Source: an uncultured Pelagibacteraceae bacterium
Lineage (GTDB): Bacteria > Pseudomonadota > Alphaproteobacteria > Pelagibacterales > Pelagibacteraceae
Direction: 5' to 3'
Length of the DNA: 64,000 nt
Assembly (NCBI GenBank): GCA_902542975.1
Contig: CACBWM010000003.1
Coordinates: 16,807 to 80,806, forward strand
Below are positions 19,929 through 30,203 of the stretch, in pieces (position 1 is the stretch's first letter; every line of letters begins with the position of its first letter). Both the position numbers and the translations under genes were made by a program. The notes under the pieces are model-generated. The model saw nothing but the letters and a program-made list of their open reading frames with translations, made no database searches and was not told where the DNA came from.

Positions 19929-22610
19929 GTGATCAAAAGAGACTTATATTATGAAAGAATTCCAACAAAATCTTTAAGAGAGGATGTTAGGTTTTTAGGA
20001 AATTCATTAGGAAATGTAATTAAAGAACAAGAAGGTAAAAGCTTTTATAATCTTGTTGAGAAAATTAGAAAGTTATCAAAAGCAAATAAAATCCAAAAAA
20101 GATCATATAAAAAAATTTCTAGTGAAATAAAAAGTATCAATCCTAAAAATACTTACAAGCTTGCAAGAGCATTTAATCATTTTATGAATTTTATAAATCT
20201 AGCCGAGTCTATTGATGCATCTAGACAACTCAACCAATATGAAAATAAAAGAGACGGTAAAAATCAAAAAAATATTTTTATAGAAGAAATTTTTGAGAAA
20301 TTATTTAAAAATAAAAAAATTAATAATAATAAAATATATAATTTTGCGAAAAATTTAAATATTGGAATAGTTTTGACAGCTCATCCAACAGAGGTCAAAA
20401 GAAGAACTTTAATTCAAAAATATCATAAAATTACAGAAATACTTGAAGAAAGAGAGTTATTTAAAGATCACGCTTTAAAAATAAAATCTTTAAATAAAAA
20501 AATTCATGATGAATTTACCATTATCTGGAATACAGATGACTTAAAAAGATCAAAACCGTCTCCAGCCGATGAAGCGCGATGGGGTCTTGCAATAATAGAG
20601 GATAGTCTTTGGGAAACTATTCCAAAAGTCTACAGAAGACTCAATGATATATTTTTGAAAAATATGGGTAAAGGTTTGCCAAAAAATTTTAATCCTATTG
20701 AGTTTGGATCATGGATGGGAGGTGATAGAGATGGAAATCCAAATGTAACTTCAAAAGTAACCAAAGAAGTTTTGTTATTATCAAGATGGGAAGCAGCAAA
20801 ATTGTATGAAAAAGAACTTACTAAATTAATTAGATCGTATTCAATGAGAAAATGTTCTAAAAAAATTCAAAAACTAACAGGAAAATCATTTGAGCCTTAC
20901 AGAGTTTTCTTAAGACCTCTAAGGGATAAAATGAGATTTACTCACAGAGCAATTGAACAGTTCATAGTGAATAAAAAACCTTTGGACTATAAAAAATTGC
21001 TAAACTCAAAAGAGGAAATTTTAAAACCTCTTAGAATTGTCCGTGAGTCTTTAGAGGAAAATCAAAGTGAAAATATAGCAAGTGGCGAATTATTAGATTT
21101 AATGAGAAGAGCAAAATGTTTTGGAGTTAATCTTGCAAAACTAGATATTAGACAAGAGTCAACTAGACACTCACAGTTAATTAATGAACTTATTAAGAAA
21201 AAAAATAAACTTAATTATTTAAAATGGAGTGAGGAGGAAAAAATTAAATTTTTATCTTCTAAGATGAAAAAAAAATCAAATTTCATAAAAAACTTTAATT
21301 TTAAAAATAAAGAAAATAAAGAAGTTTGGTCAACATTTAAAATTTTATCTGAAGAGCCGCCTGAATGTTTAGGAGCTTATGTTATTTCAATGACATCATC
21401 TGCATCTGACATTCTCTCTGTTTTATATTTGCAAAAAGAAGCAAATATTAAAAACAAATTAAGAGTTGTCCCTTTATTTGAAACATTAGATGACTTAATT
21501 AACGCAAAATCAATAATGGCCAGTTTGTTTTCATTAAAGTGGTACAGAGATTTAATAAAAAATAAACAAGAAGTCATGATTGGATATTCAGACTCAAGTA
21601 AAGATGCTGGAAAAATTTGTGCAAGTTGGCATCAATATAAGGCTCAAGAAGAAATTATTAAAATTGCTAAAAAATATAACATAGATGTTACGTTCTTTCA
21701 TGGAAGAGGAGGTTCTGCGGGTAGAGGAGGAGGTCCAATTCAAGCTACTTTAAAATCTCAACCACCAAATACTGTAAATGGAAAAATCAGAATAACAGAT
21801 CAAGGAGAAGTAATTCAACAGAAATATGGATATCAGCCTTTAGCAATTTATAATTTATGTAGCTATATAGGAGCGGTAATGGAGGCAACATTAACCCCAC
21901 CGCCAGTCCCTAAAAAAGATTGGAGAAATCTAATTGAAAAAATGTCTGATATTTCAAAAAGCTCATATAGAAAAAATATTAATCAAAGTTCAGATTTTAT
22001 TAAATATTTTAAAACCGTTACGCCACATGTGTCTTTAGGAAAACTTTCAATTGGATCAAGACCGTCTAAAAGAAAGAATATTGATAATATCAAAGGTTTA
22101 AGAGCAATACCCTGGGTATTTGCTTGGACACAAATAAGACTAATGCTCCCAGCATGGCTTGGAAGTGCAGAAGCTTTAAGATATTCATCAATTAAAAAAT
22201 TTGAAAAAACACTAATAGATATGGAAAAAAACTGGCCTTTCTTCAATTCAATGATGGATATCTTGGATATGGTAATTTCAAAAGTGGACCCAGATATTTC
22301 AAAAATATATGAGGAGTATTTAGCAGACAAAGATTTAAAAAGAGTTGGAAAAAAACTTAGGTTCCAATTCGAAGTTATTAAGAAATTAAATAAAAAAATT
22401 ACGCCAAAAGAAATTATAAATGAAAGAAAAAAATTTAGATCAGGAGTTATTGTAAGAAATATTTACACAGAGGTTTTAAATATAATTCAAGCAGTAGTTA
22501 TGAATAAAATTAAAAACAAAAAATTAAATTCAGATAAAAAAAATGATCTTAATGATGCATTATTAACATCTATTGCAGGTATTTCAGCTGCAATGAAAAA
22601 TACTGGTTAA
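19929..22610 (+). CDS. ppc: Phosphoenolpyruvate carboxylase
   Basis: LTAHPTE, SWMGGDRDGNP, VMIGYSDSSKDAG, FHGRGGSAGRGGG, LRAIPWVFAWTQ, C-terminal MKNTG. Confidence 0.97.
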   Translation: MIKRDLYYERIPTKSLREDVRFLGNSLGNVIKEQEGKSFYNLVEKIRKLSKANKIQKRSYKKISSEIKSINPKNTYKLARAFNHFMNFINLAESIDASRQLNQYENKRDGKNQKNIFIEEIFEKLFKNKKINNNKIYNFAKNLNIGIVLTAHPTEVKRRTLIQKYHKITEILEERELFKDHALKIKSLNKKIHDEFTIIWNTDDLKRSKPSPADEARWGLAIIEDSLWETIPKVYRRLNDIFLKNMGKGLPKNFNPIEFGSWMGGDRDGNPNVTSKVTKEVLLLSRWEAAKLYEKELTKLIRSYSMRKCSKKIQKLTGKSFEPYRVFLRPLRDKMRFTHRAIEQFIVNKKPLDYKKLLNSKEEILKPLRIVRESLEENQSENIASGELLDLMRRAKCFGVNLAKLDIRQESTRHSQLINELIKKKNKLNYLKWSEEEKIKFLSSKMKKKSNFIKNFNFKNKENKEVWSTFKILSEEPPECLGAYVISMTSSASDILSVLYLQKEANIKNKLRVVPLFETLDDLINAKSIMASLFSLKWYRDLIKNKQEVMIGYSDSSKDAGKICASWHQYKAQEEIIKIAKKYNIDVTFFHGRGGSAGRGGGPIQATLKSQPPNTVNGKIRITDQGEVIQQKYGYQPLAIYNLCSYIGAVMEATLTPPPVPKKDWRNLIEKMSDISKSSYRKNINQSSDFIKYFKTVTPHVSLGKLSIGSRPSKRKNIDNIKGLRAIPWVFAWTQIRLMLPAWLGSAEALRYSSIKKFEKTLIDMEKNWPFFNSMMDILDMVISKVDPDISKIYEEYLADKDLKRVGKKLRFQFEVIKKLNKKITPKEIINERKKFRSGVIVRNIYTEVLNIIQAVVMNKIKNKKLNSDKKNDLNDALLTSIAGISAAMKNTG

Positions 22611-23318
22611 ATGATAGAATTATTTGTTGCATTTGGAGCTGGATTGATAAGCTTTTTGTCTCCATGTGTACTTCCATTAATACCTGGATATATATCTTAT
22701 ATTTCTGGAAGCTCTTTAAATGAATTATTAGAAAAAAAAACGATTAATATATTCCCTATAGTTTTATTTACTTTTGGTTTTTCAATTGTTTTTATAAGCT
22801 TTGGAGCTACCGCAACTTTTTTAGGTTCTTTAATTTTAAGTAACTCTTTTGAACTAAGAATTATTGCAGGAAGTATTATAATTATTTTCTCCCTTCATAT
22901 TATGGGATTAATTAATATTAAGTTTTTAAATTATGAAAAAAGAATTAATACTGAGATTAAATCAGGAAATTTTAGCTCAATATTAGTTGGTATGGCATTT
23001 GGATTTGGATGGACTCCATGTATTGGGCCTATTTTAGGATCAATATTAGCTCTAGCTTCAATTGAGCAAAGTTTGAACCGAGGTATATTGTTACTTGTGT
23101 TCTATTCACTTGGTTTAGCACTGCCTTTTATTGCATCAGGTTATTTGATTCAACGTTTTATGGTTGTTACAAAAAATCTAAAATCAAAAATGATAACTAT
23201 TTCAAGAGTTGGTGGAGGATTATTATTGATAACAGGAATATTAATGATTACAAACCAGTTGCAAGCTTTAGGATTTTACATATTAAAGTATTTTCCTATA
23301 CTTCAAAAACTTGGATAA
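22611..23318 (+). CDS. ccdA: Cytochrome c biogenesis protein CcdA (DsbD TM domain)
   Basis: SFLSPCVLPLIP and GWTPCIGPILG. Confidence 0.93.
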   Translation: MIELFVAFGAGLISFLSPCVLPLIPGYISYISGSSLNELLEKKTINIFPIVLFTFGFSIVFISFGATATFLGSLILSNSFELRIIAGSIIIIFSLHIMGLINIKFLNYEKRINTEIKSGNFSSILVGMAFGFGWTPCIGPILGSILALASIEQSLNRGILLLVFYSLGLALPFIASGYLIQRFMVVTKNLKSKMITISRVGGGLLLITGILMITNQLQALGFYILKYFPILQKLG

Positions 23319-23320
23319 AA

Positions 23321-23908
23321 ATGAAAATATACCAAATCGATTGCAGTGCTAGAAAAGAAGGTTCTACCTCAAGGATGCTTGCAAAAAAAATACTTGATAA
23401 AGTTAAAAAAGATAATGATGAGGTCATTTATAGAGACCTAGATGACGAAATGCTCTTTATATCTGGCTTAACTGAGTCTGGAATGAAAATTCCAGAGAAT
23501 GAGCAAACAGATGAACATAAAAAAATGTTTGAATTATCTGATAAGTTAGTATCGGAGTTAAAAGAATGTGATGTAATTATTATATCAGTGCCAATTTATA
23601 ATTTTGGCCCACCAGCAACCCTTAAAGCTTGGGCTGATCTTGCAGCCAGAGTAAAATTGACATTTAAATATGGGGATGACGGAAGAAGAAAAGGTTTATT
23701 AGAAGATAAGCAGGTATATTTAGTAATTACTTCTGGCGGAACAAAAATACAAGGTGAAGAAGACTTTTTAACCCCGTGGTTGATACATATGTTAAATTTT
23801 TTTGGTATTAAAAAAATCGATATAGTTGCAGCAGATCAAATGGCTTTAGATTATGAAAAGTCGATAAAAAACGCTGAAGAAAAAATAAAAGAATTATTTA
23901 AAGATTAA
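23321..23908 (+). CDS. azoR: FMN-dependent NADH-azoreductase (flavodoxin-like)
   Basis: STSRML, PIYNFGPPATLKAWAD, TFKY, TSGG. Confidence 0.85.
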   Translation: MKIYQIDCSARKEGSTSRMLAKKILDKVKKDNDEVIYRDLDDEMLFISGLTESGMKIPENEQTDEHKKMFELSDKLVSELKECDVIIISVPIYNFGPPATLKAWADLAARVKLTFKYGDDGRRKGLLEDKQVYLVITSGGTKIQGEEDFLTPWLIHMLNFFGIKKIDIVAADQMALDYEKSIKNAEEKIKELFKD

Positions 23909-25001
23909 ATTTTCTTTTTAAATGTCTAAGTTTACCTTCTGTACTGTCGAAATCAATGTAGCATCCTTGTAAATATCTATCACCTTCGTTAACATCATAC
24001 TTTGTTCTTCCATGAAGTAATCTATGATTGTCCATCATTAATAAATCTCCAGTTTCTAATTTAAATTCAACTTTATATTTATCAGAGTTATATAATTCAG
24101 AAATTTTATTTCTAGCTTTATAGAATAAATCCAATTTTGATTTTTCTAATATCGGAGCATAATCTAATCTTGGACTAAATCTAACTTGTTTAAAATTATT
24201 TTTTTCATCCAATTTAATTAACTCAGACATATCTTCTAGAACAACTGTATTGTCTATAAATTTAAATTTTACTTTAACTGAAGATAAAATTTCATAATAT
24301 TCTGGATAATCCTCTTTGATTTTTTCACTTACTGTGTAACCATCAACCAAGGTAGAATTTCCTCCACTCACATTATTTATAATACAATGCAATAATTGAA
24401 CACAAGGAACTGGTTTTCTATACGGATTATCTGTATGCGGAGATAATGCTAATGATGTATAAGCCAAATCATTTGGATTAGGCACAGATCTTACATTAAA
24501 AAATTCCCCAAAATTTGTTCTTCTGACACTACCAATTGAATTTGCAAATTTAAGAATAAAATTATCTTCAGTTGGAACATTAGTTAAAACTACAAAACCA
24601 TATTTATAGAATGATACTAATAAATCATACATGATTTTTTTTTCAAAAATATTATTTTCAAACTTAAATTTTTGAAAATTATTAAAATTTGAATCCCATT
24701 TAATTTTATCAATTGAAATAGGATCAAGATTTTGTGATTTATACTCATTTAATATTTGATCTTCTTTTATTTTATAATTGGTTCCATCATTGAAAAATAA
24801 ATTAAGTAATCCATCTTCATTCTCAATTTTTTCTATATGAATGTTAGTATTTATAGAATTTGGATCAAATAATCTTTGTTGATTTCCTTTATCCAGAGCA
24901 TCTTCGTTATTTATTCTTTCTCTAAGCCAAAATGGATGTATTTCTTCTTTATTATTTCCACTATTTATAAATACTTTTTTAGAATCGATTTCTATTTTCA
25001 T
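23898..25001 (-). CDS. Fe(II)/2-oxoglutarate dioxygenase, gamma-butyrobetaine hydroxylase-like (TauD/TfdA)
   Basis: N-terminal FWLRE..QRLFD domain, DLAYT..LSPHTDNPY (HxD), DNHRLLHGR, LQGCYID. Confidence 0.88.
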   Translation of the reverse strand: MKIEIDSKKVFINSGNNKEEIHPFWLRERINNEDALDKGNQQRLFDPNSINTNIHIEKIENEDGLLNLFFNDGTNYKIKEDQILNEYKSQNLDPISIDKIKWDSNFNNFQKFKFENNIFEKKIMYDLLVSFYKYGFVVLTNVPTEDNFILKFANSIGSVRRTNFGEFFNVRSVPNPNDLAYTSLALSPHTDNPYRKPVPCVQLLHCIINNVSGGNSTLVDGYTVSEKIKEDYPEYYEILSSVKVKFKFIDNTVVLEDMSELIKLDEKNNFKQVRFSPRLDYAPILEKSKLDLFYKARNKISELYNSDKYKVEFKLETGDLLMMDNHRLLHGRTKYDVNEGDRYLQGCYIDFDSTEGKLRHLKRKFNL

Positions 25002-25088
25002 CTACCTGGATTCTTCTATCAAATTCTAAAATTTTCAAGATATTTTATTTGAACTAGTTGTATATTTTAATTATTACTCATCAGATAA

Positions 25089-25892
25089 ATGACCTTCAAA
25101 AAAACAAAAGATTTCAAGATTTATTACACCTTTTTGAATAAGCTTGCTAAGGATTTAACTAATTTTTATTACACTAAACTTAACAAAACTTTTACAATTA
25201 ATAACAAGTTAAAAGGTAAAGGTTATGATCCCGTTACCAGTGCCGATAAAGCTTTTGAAAAATTTATAAGAAAAAAGATTAATGATAAGTTCCCAGATCA
25301 TCAAATTATCGGTGAAGAGTTTGGAGCAAAAAAGACAAAAAGTCTATTTTCATGGATAATTGACCCAATTGATGGGACAAGATCATTTGTCGCTGGTAAT
25401 CCTACATGGAGCAATTTAATTTCTCTAAATTATAACGACGCCCCTGTAGTTGGTTTAGCAAATTTTCCAAGAATGAAAAGATACTATTTAAATCAAGATG
25501 ATAAATCTGCTTTTGTGTTTGAAAATGGAAAAAAAAGAAAATTAAAAGTAAACAAAAATATAAAATTTGATTATTTGAAAGTAGCTGCTGCTTTTCACGG
25601 AACTTTATCTTTTCAAAAACAAAAAAAAATAATGAAATTTATCAAGAGAATGCAGTTTCCATGTTTCGATGCACTAACATATTGCCAATTAGCAGAGGGA
25701 AGACTAGATATTGTAGCTCAATGTGCAAACAAAATTTGGGATATACATCCAATAATACCAATTATTAAAGCATCAGGTGGAATAATTACTACATGGGATA
25801 ATAGGGATGCTTCATTGGGTGGAAAAATAATTGTTTCAAATAATTTATCAAATCATAAAAAAATTATAAAATTGCTCAAGCCAGCCACATGA
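25089..25892 (+). CDS. Inositol monophosphatase family protein (HisN-like)
   Basis: DPVTSAD, GEEFG, WIIDPIDGTRSF, WD motif. Confidence 0.85.
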   Translation: MTFKKTKDFKIYYTFLNKLAKDLTNFYYTKLNKTFTINNKLKGKGYDPVTSADKAFEKFIRKKINDKFPDHQIIGEEFGAKKTKSLFSWIIDPIDGTRSFVAGNPTWSNLISLNYNDAPVVGLANFPRMKRYYLNQDDKSAFVFENGKKRKLKVNKNIKFDYLKVAAAFHGTLSFQKQKKIMKFIKRMQFPCFDALTYCQLAEGRLDIVAQCANKIWDIHPIIPIIKASGGIITTWDNRDASLGGKIIVSNNLSNHKKIIKLLKPAT

Positions 25893-26614
25893 AAAATATA
25901 ATTGTTCTTCAACACATTAAAATTGAGGATCCCGGCTATATTAAAGATTTAATGTTAGAGGATAAAGTTCATATTAAAACTGTAGAACTCGACGAAGGAG
26001 AAAAAATACCTGATGATCTATCTGGATTTGATGCAATGTTTTGTATGGGTGGACCAATGGATACTTGGATGGAAAAAGATTACCCGTGGTTAATAGAAGA
26101 AAAAAAAAAAATCAAAGAATTTGTTGTAGATTTAAATAAACCATATTTAGGTTTTTGTTTAGGTTGTCAATTATTGGGAGAGGTAGTTGGAGGTACAGTA
26201 GTTAAATCAAAAAATCCAGAAATAGGTATTTTTGATATTAATTTTTTAACCAGCAAAAAAAACGATTTATTATTTAAAGAATATCCAGATATTATAAAAT
26301 CACTCCAATGGCATTCATATGAAGTTCAAAATCTAGAAAATAATAATGATATAACTCTTTTAGCGTCATCTCCCGAAACGAAATACCAAATTTTTAAATA
26401 CAAAAAACATGCTTACGGTATTCAATTTCATATAGAAATAAAAGATACCACTGTAGGAGAATGGGGATGTGTGCCTGAATATAAGTCTGCTTTAGAGAAA
26501 CAGTTAGGACAGGGAGCTCTTGATAAATTTGATAGTGATGCGAAAGACAACATTCAATCTATGAACAAATATTCTAAAATTCTTTACGAAAACTTCAAAA
26601 AAATAGTGAATTAA
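25889..26614 (+). CDS. Class I glutamine amidotransferase-like protein
   Basis: MGGPM, GFCLGCQLL nucleophile, QWH, IQFHIE. Confidence 0.88.
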   Translation: MKNIIVLQHIKIEDPGYIKDLMLEDKVHIKTVELDEGEKIPDDLSGFDAMFCMGGPMDTWMEKDYPWLIEEKKKIKEFVVDLNKPYLGFCLGCQLLGEVVGGTVVKSKNPEIGIFDINFLTSKKNDLLFKEYPDIIKSLQWHSYEVQNLENNNDITLLASSPETKYQIFKYKKHAYGIQFHIEIKDTTVGEWGCVPEYKSALEKQLGQGALDKFDSDAKDNIQSMNKYSKILYENFKKIVN

Positions 26615-26675
26615 ATCACTTTAGTTTACATAATTAATAAGTTAGATTTTTATTTTAATAATATAGGAGAGATAA

Positions 26676-28238
26676 ATGAAGTATGGGTATTTTATAAAAA
26701 TTTTATTGGCTTTTTTTCTAGCTTTTGCTCCAACACAAGCGTTTGCAAAAACTATTAAATGGTCAATGCAGGGTGATAGTTTAACACTTGATCCTCATGC
26801 TCAAAACGAAGGTCCTACCACTCAAGTATCTAGACAAGTATACGAAGCTCTAGTTACCAGAGGATTAGATATGAAAATTGGACCTCAACTAGCAACAGAG
26901 TGGAGAACTCAAGGTCCTAATACTTGGATCTTTAAATTAAGAGAAGATGTTAAATTTTCTGATGGAACTCCATTTACATCTGAAGACGTTGTATTTAGTA
27001 TTTTAAGAGCAAAACAAAGAACATCTGATTTTAAAGAATATATTAGTACAGTATCAGGTGTAAAAGCAGTTAATGACTACACAGTAGAAATTACAACAAG
27101 TAAACCAAATCCAATTCTTTTAAACCAACTTTCAAACATTTTTATAATGTCAAAAAAATGGAGTGAAAAGAATTTTGCAGTCATGGCGCAGAACTGGGAT
27201 GCTGGACAAGAAACATTTTCAGCTACAAATGCTATGGGAACTGGACCATTTAAAATTACATTAAGAGAACCAAATACTAAAACAGTTTTCAAACGTAATA
27301 AAAAATGGTGGGGTACTATGAAGGATGACAAAGTAACAGAAATTCATCTACTACCTATAAAAAATGCAGCTACTAGAGTTGCAGCTCTTTTATCTGGTGA
27401 AATTGATGTTGTTACTGATGCACCTGTGCAAGATTTAGCTAGAATTAAAAATTCACCTGCTCACAAAGTTGAAAGCACTGCTCAAATGAGAACTATATTC
27501 CTTGGTATGGATCAGGGAGCAGATAAACTTAGAACAGGTAATACAGGTGATAATCCATTCAAAAAGAAAGCAGTTAGACAAGCTCTTTATCAAGCTATAG
27601 ATATTGAAGCTATTAAGAAAAAAGTAATGAGAGGTTTAAGTGAACCTGCTGGAATAATTACTTTTCCAGGTGTTAACGGATACACAGAAGAACTTGATAA
27701 AAGACTTCCTTATGATGTAGCTGCTGCAAAAAAACTTCTAGCTGATGCTGGATATCCGAATGGATTTGAAGTTGAGCTTAGATGTCCAAATGACAGATAT
27801 GTAAATGATGAAGCTATATGCACAGCTGTTGTTGGTATGTTAGGTAAAATCGGTGTTAAAGTAAATTTATTTGCCCAAACAAAAAGTAAGCACTTTAAAG
27901 AACTAAAAGATAATCAAGGTGACTTTTATATGTTAGGTTGGGGAGTTCCAACTTTAGATAGTCATTATGTTTTCCATTACTTATATGAAAGTGGAGCAAG
28001 CTGGAACAGAGTTAACTTTAGTAACTCTGATGTAGATGCTGCGATAAGAGTTATGGAAGGTGAAGTTAACCTAGATAAGAGAAATGCTGCGATAGCTAAA
28101 GCTTGGAAAATAGTAAAAGATGATATTTCTTATCTTCCTTTACATCACCAAGTTATATCTTGGGCTGCAAAAAAAGATGTTAATGTTCCGATAAGACCGA
28201 ATAACGAGCCGTTATTCCGTTTTGCGAGCTTTGACTAA
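26676..28238 (+). CDS. Peptide/nickel-family ABC transporter substrate-binding protein (SBP family 5)
   Basis: Signal peptide, LDPH, FKLREDVKFSDGTPFTSEDVVFS, GTGPF, CPNDRYVND. Confidence 0.92.
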   Translation: MKYGYFIKILLAFFLAFAPTQAFAKTIKWSMQGDSLTLDPHAQNEGPTTQVSRQVYEALVTRGLDMKIGPQLATEWRTQGPNTWIFKLREDVKFSDGTPFTSEDVVFSILRAKQRTSDFKEYISTVSGVKAVNDYTVEITTSKPNPILLNQLSNIFIMSKKWSEKNFAVMAQNWDAGQETFSATNAMGTGPFKITLREPNTKTVFKRNKKWWGTMKDDKVTEIHLLPIKNAATRVAALLSGEIDVVTDAPVQDLARIKNSPAHKVESTAQMRTIFLGMDQGADKLRTGNTGDNPFKKKAVRQALYQAIDIEAIKKKVMRGLSEPAGIITFPGVNGYTEELDKRLPYDVAAAKKLLADAGYPNGFEVELRCPNDRYVNDEAICTAVVGMLGKIGVKVNLFAQTKSKHFKELKDNQGDFYMLGWGVPTLDSHYVFHYLYESGASWNRVNFSNSDVDAAIRVMEGEVNLDKRNAAIAKAWKIVKDDISYLPLHHQVISWAAKKDVNVPIRPNNEPLFRFASFD

Positions 28239-28247
28239 ACAATTTAT

Positions 28248-28277
28248 TACAAGCCCTTTTTAATTAAAGGGCTTGTA
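28248..28277 (+). terminator. Intercistronic stem-loop after SBP gene
   Basis: TACAAGCCCTTT-ttaatt-AAAGGGCTTGTA 12-bp stem; no plus-strand U-tract. Confidence 0.7.
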
Positions 28278-28297
28278 TAAAAATAAAATTTCATAAA

Positions 28298-29281
28298 TTG
28301 ATAAAGTATTTTTTTAAACGATTGTTTCAATCTGCAATGGTTATGCTTGTCGTAGCTTTTGTATCTTTTTCTCTTTTTAATTTTGTAGGAGACCCAATAA
28401 ATAACATGGTGGGTGAGGAAACATCAGATGAAGAAAGAGCTGAGTTAAGAGAAACCTTGGGTTTAATGGACCCAATTCATGTACAATTTACTAGGTTTAT
28501 AATTAATGCCTCTAAAGGAGAATTTGGAATATCTTATCAATTAAGAAGACCTGTATCAGAATTAATCATTGAAAGATTACCTGCGACAATTGAATTAGTT
28601 TTAATATCTGCTCTAATTGCATTGGTTTCTGGTACTTTATTGGGAGTATATACAGGCATAAAAAGAAAAGGTTTTTTGAGTGATTTTATCTTAGCAGTTT
28701 CTTTATTAGGTGTTTCTCTTCCAACTTTTGTAATTGGTATTTTATTTATTTATCTTTTTGCAGTTATATTAGGCGTTCTACCATCGTTTGGAAGAGGTGA
28801 GGTAGTAGATCTAGGATTTTGGTCGACAGGCTTTTTAACCATATCAGGTTTAAAAGCAATTATATTACCATCAGTTACTTTAAGTCTTTTTCAAATGACA
28901 TATATAATAAGACTCGTCAGAGCTGAAATGATGGAAATACTTCAGACTGATTACATAAAGTTTGCAAGAGCTAGAGGCATTAATGAAAAAAGCATTAATT
29001 ATAAGCACGCACTTAAAAATGGACTAATTCCAGTAATAACTATTGCTGGAATAAATATTGGAACATTAATTGCTTTTTCAATAATTACGGAAACAGTATT
29101 TCAATGGCCAGGTATGGGATTTCTTTTTATTCAAGCTGTTCAGTTTGTAGATATTCCAATTATGTCAGCATATTTAGTATTTATAGCATTCGTTTTTGTA
29201 ATGATAAATTTTATAGTCGATATCTTGTATTACTTTATAGATCCAAGAATTAGAGTTAAAGGAGATTCAGCTAGTGGATAA
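28298..29281 (+). CDS. DppB/OppB-like ABC permease
   Basis: RLPATIEL, DYIKFARARG, HALKN, TETVFQWPGMG, DPRIR. Confidence 0.93.
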   Translation: MIKYFFKRLFQSAMVMLVVAFVSFSLFNFVGDPINNMVGEETSDEERAELRETLGLMDPIHVQFTRFIINASKGEFGISYQLRRPVSELIIERLPATIELVLISALIALVSGTLLGVYTGIKRKGFLSDFILAVSLLGVSLPTFVIGILFIYLFAVILGVLPSFGRGEVVDLGFWSTGFLTISGLKAIILPSVTLSLFQMTYIIRLVRAEMMEILQTDYIKFARARGINEKSINYKHALKNGLIPVITIAGINIGTLIAFSIITETVFQWPGMGFLFIQAVQFVDIPIMSAYLVFIAFVFVMINFIVDILYYFIDPRIRVKGDSASG

Positions 29282-30203
29282 CAAAGCTTTAACAACTTTG
29301 GATAAAATAAAAGATAGTGAAATTTATTTTAGTTTTATAAAATCTCCTACAGCAATAGTTTCATCAATTTTATTAGCAATAATATTTTTCTCTTCATTTT
29401 TTGTAGAATTTATTACACCTTATAATCCATTCGACCCATCTTCTTTATCTTTAATGGATGCATTCACCCCACCATCTTGGACTAGTGATGGAAAAGTAGA
29501 ATTTTTACTTGGTACTGATGGACAAGGAAGAGATATGTTATCAACTATTCTTTATGGATCTAGAATATCTTTGATTGTTGGTTTCTCAGCAATTTTATTT
29601 AGTTTAATTTTAGGAGTTGGATTAGGTCTTACTGCTGGTTTTTTTGGTGGTAAGTATGAAATGATTGTTATGAGATTAACTGATGTTCAGTTAACAGTTC
29701 CAAGTATTTTGATGGCTCTTCTGGTTGATGGTATTGCTCGAGGTATAATTTCGCGTGAACTTCATGACGAGATGGCAATATATGTTTTAATTTTTGCAAT
29801 TGGTATTTCAGAGTGGCCACAGTTTGCAAGAGTATCAAGAGCAGCAACTTTAGTTGAAAAAAATAAAGATTATGTTTCAGCCTCAACAATTATTGGAGTT
29901 TCTAATTTTATAGTAATGTTTAAACATATTCTTCCAAATATAATGAGACCGGTACTTGTTATTGGAACTATAGGTCTTGCATTAGCAATCATTGCAGAAG
30001 CCACATTGAGTTTTTTAGGTGTTGGCGTTCCTCCAACTACTCCTTCTTTAGGAACATTAATAAGACTTGGAAATGACTTTTTATTTTCTGGTGAATGGTG
30101 GATAACTTTTTTTCCAGCAATATTCTTAGTTGTTTTGGCTTTTTCCATTAATCTATTAGGAGACTGGATGAGAGACACTCTTAATCCTAAATTGAAAAAA
30201 TGA
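29274..30203 (+). CDS. DppC/OppC-like ABC permease
   Basis: LGTDGQGRD, KHILPN, EATLSFLG, GDWMRDTLNPKL. Confidence 0.93.
   Translation: MDNKALTTLDKIKDSEIYFSFIKSPTAIVSSILLAIIFFSSFFVEFITPYNPFDPSSLSLMDAFTPPSWTSDGKVEFLLGTDGQGRDMLSTILYGSRISLIVGFSAILFSLILGVGLGLTAGFFGGKYEMIVMRLTDVQLTVPSILMALLVDGIARGIISRELHDEMAIYVLIFAIGISEWPQFARVSRAATLVEKNKDYVSASTIIGVSNFIVMFKHILPNIMRPVLVIGTIGLALAIIAEATLSFLGVGVPPTTPSLGTLIRLGNDFLFSGEWWITFFPAIFLVVLAFSINLLGDWMRDTLNPKLKK

Noticed and set aside
26100-26111. A12 homopolymer in the GATase gene as a phase-variation tract
   Set aside because: The frame is intact (EEKKKIK) and long A/T runs are common throughout this AT-rich sequence
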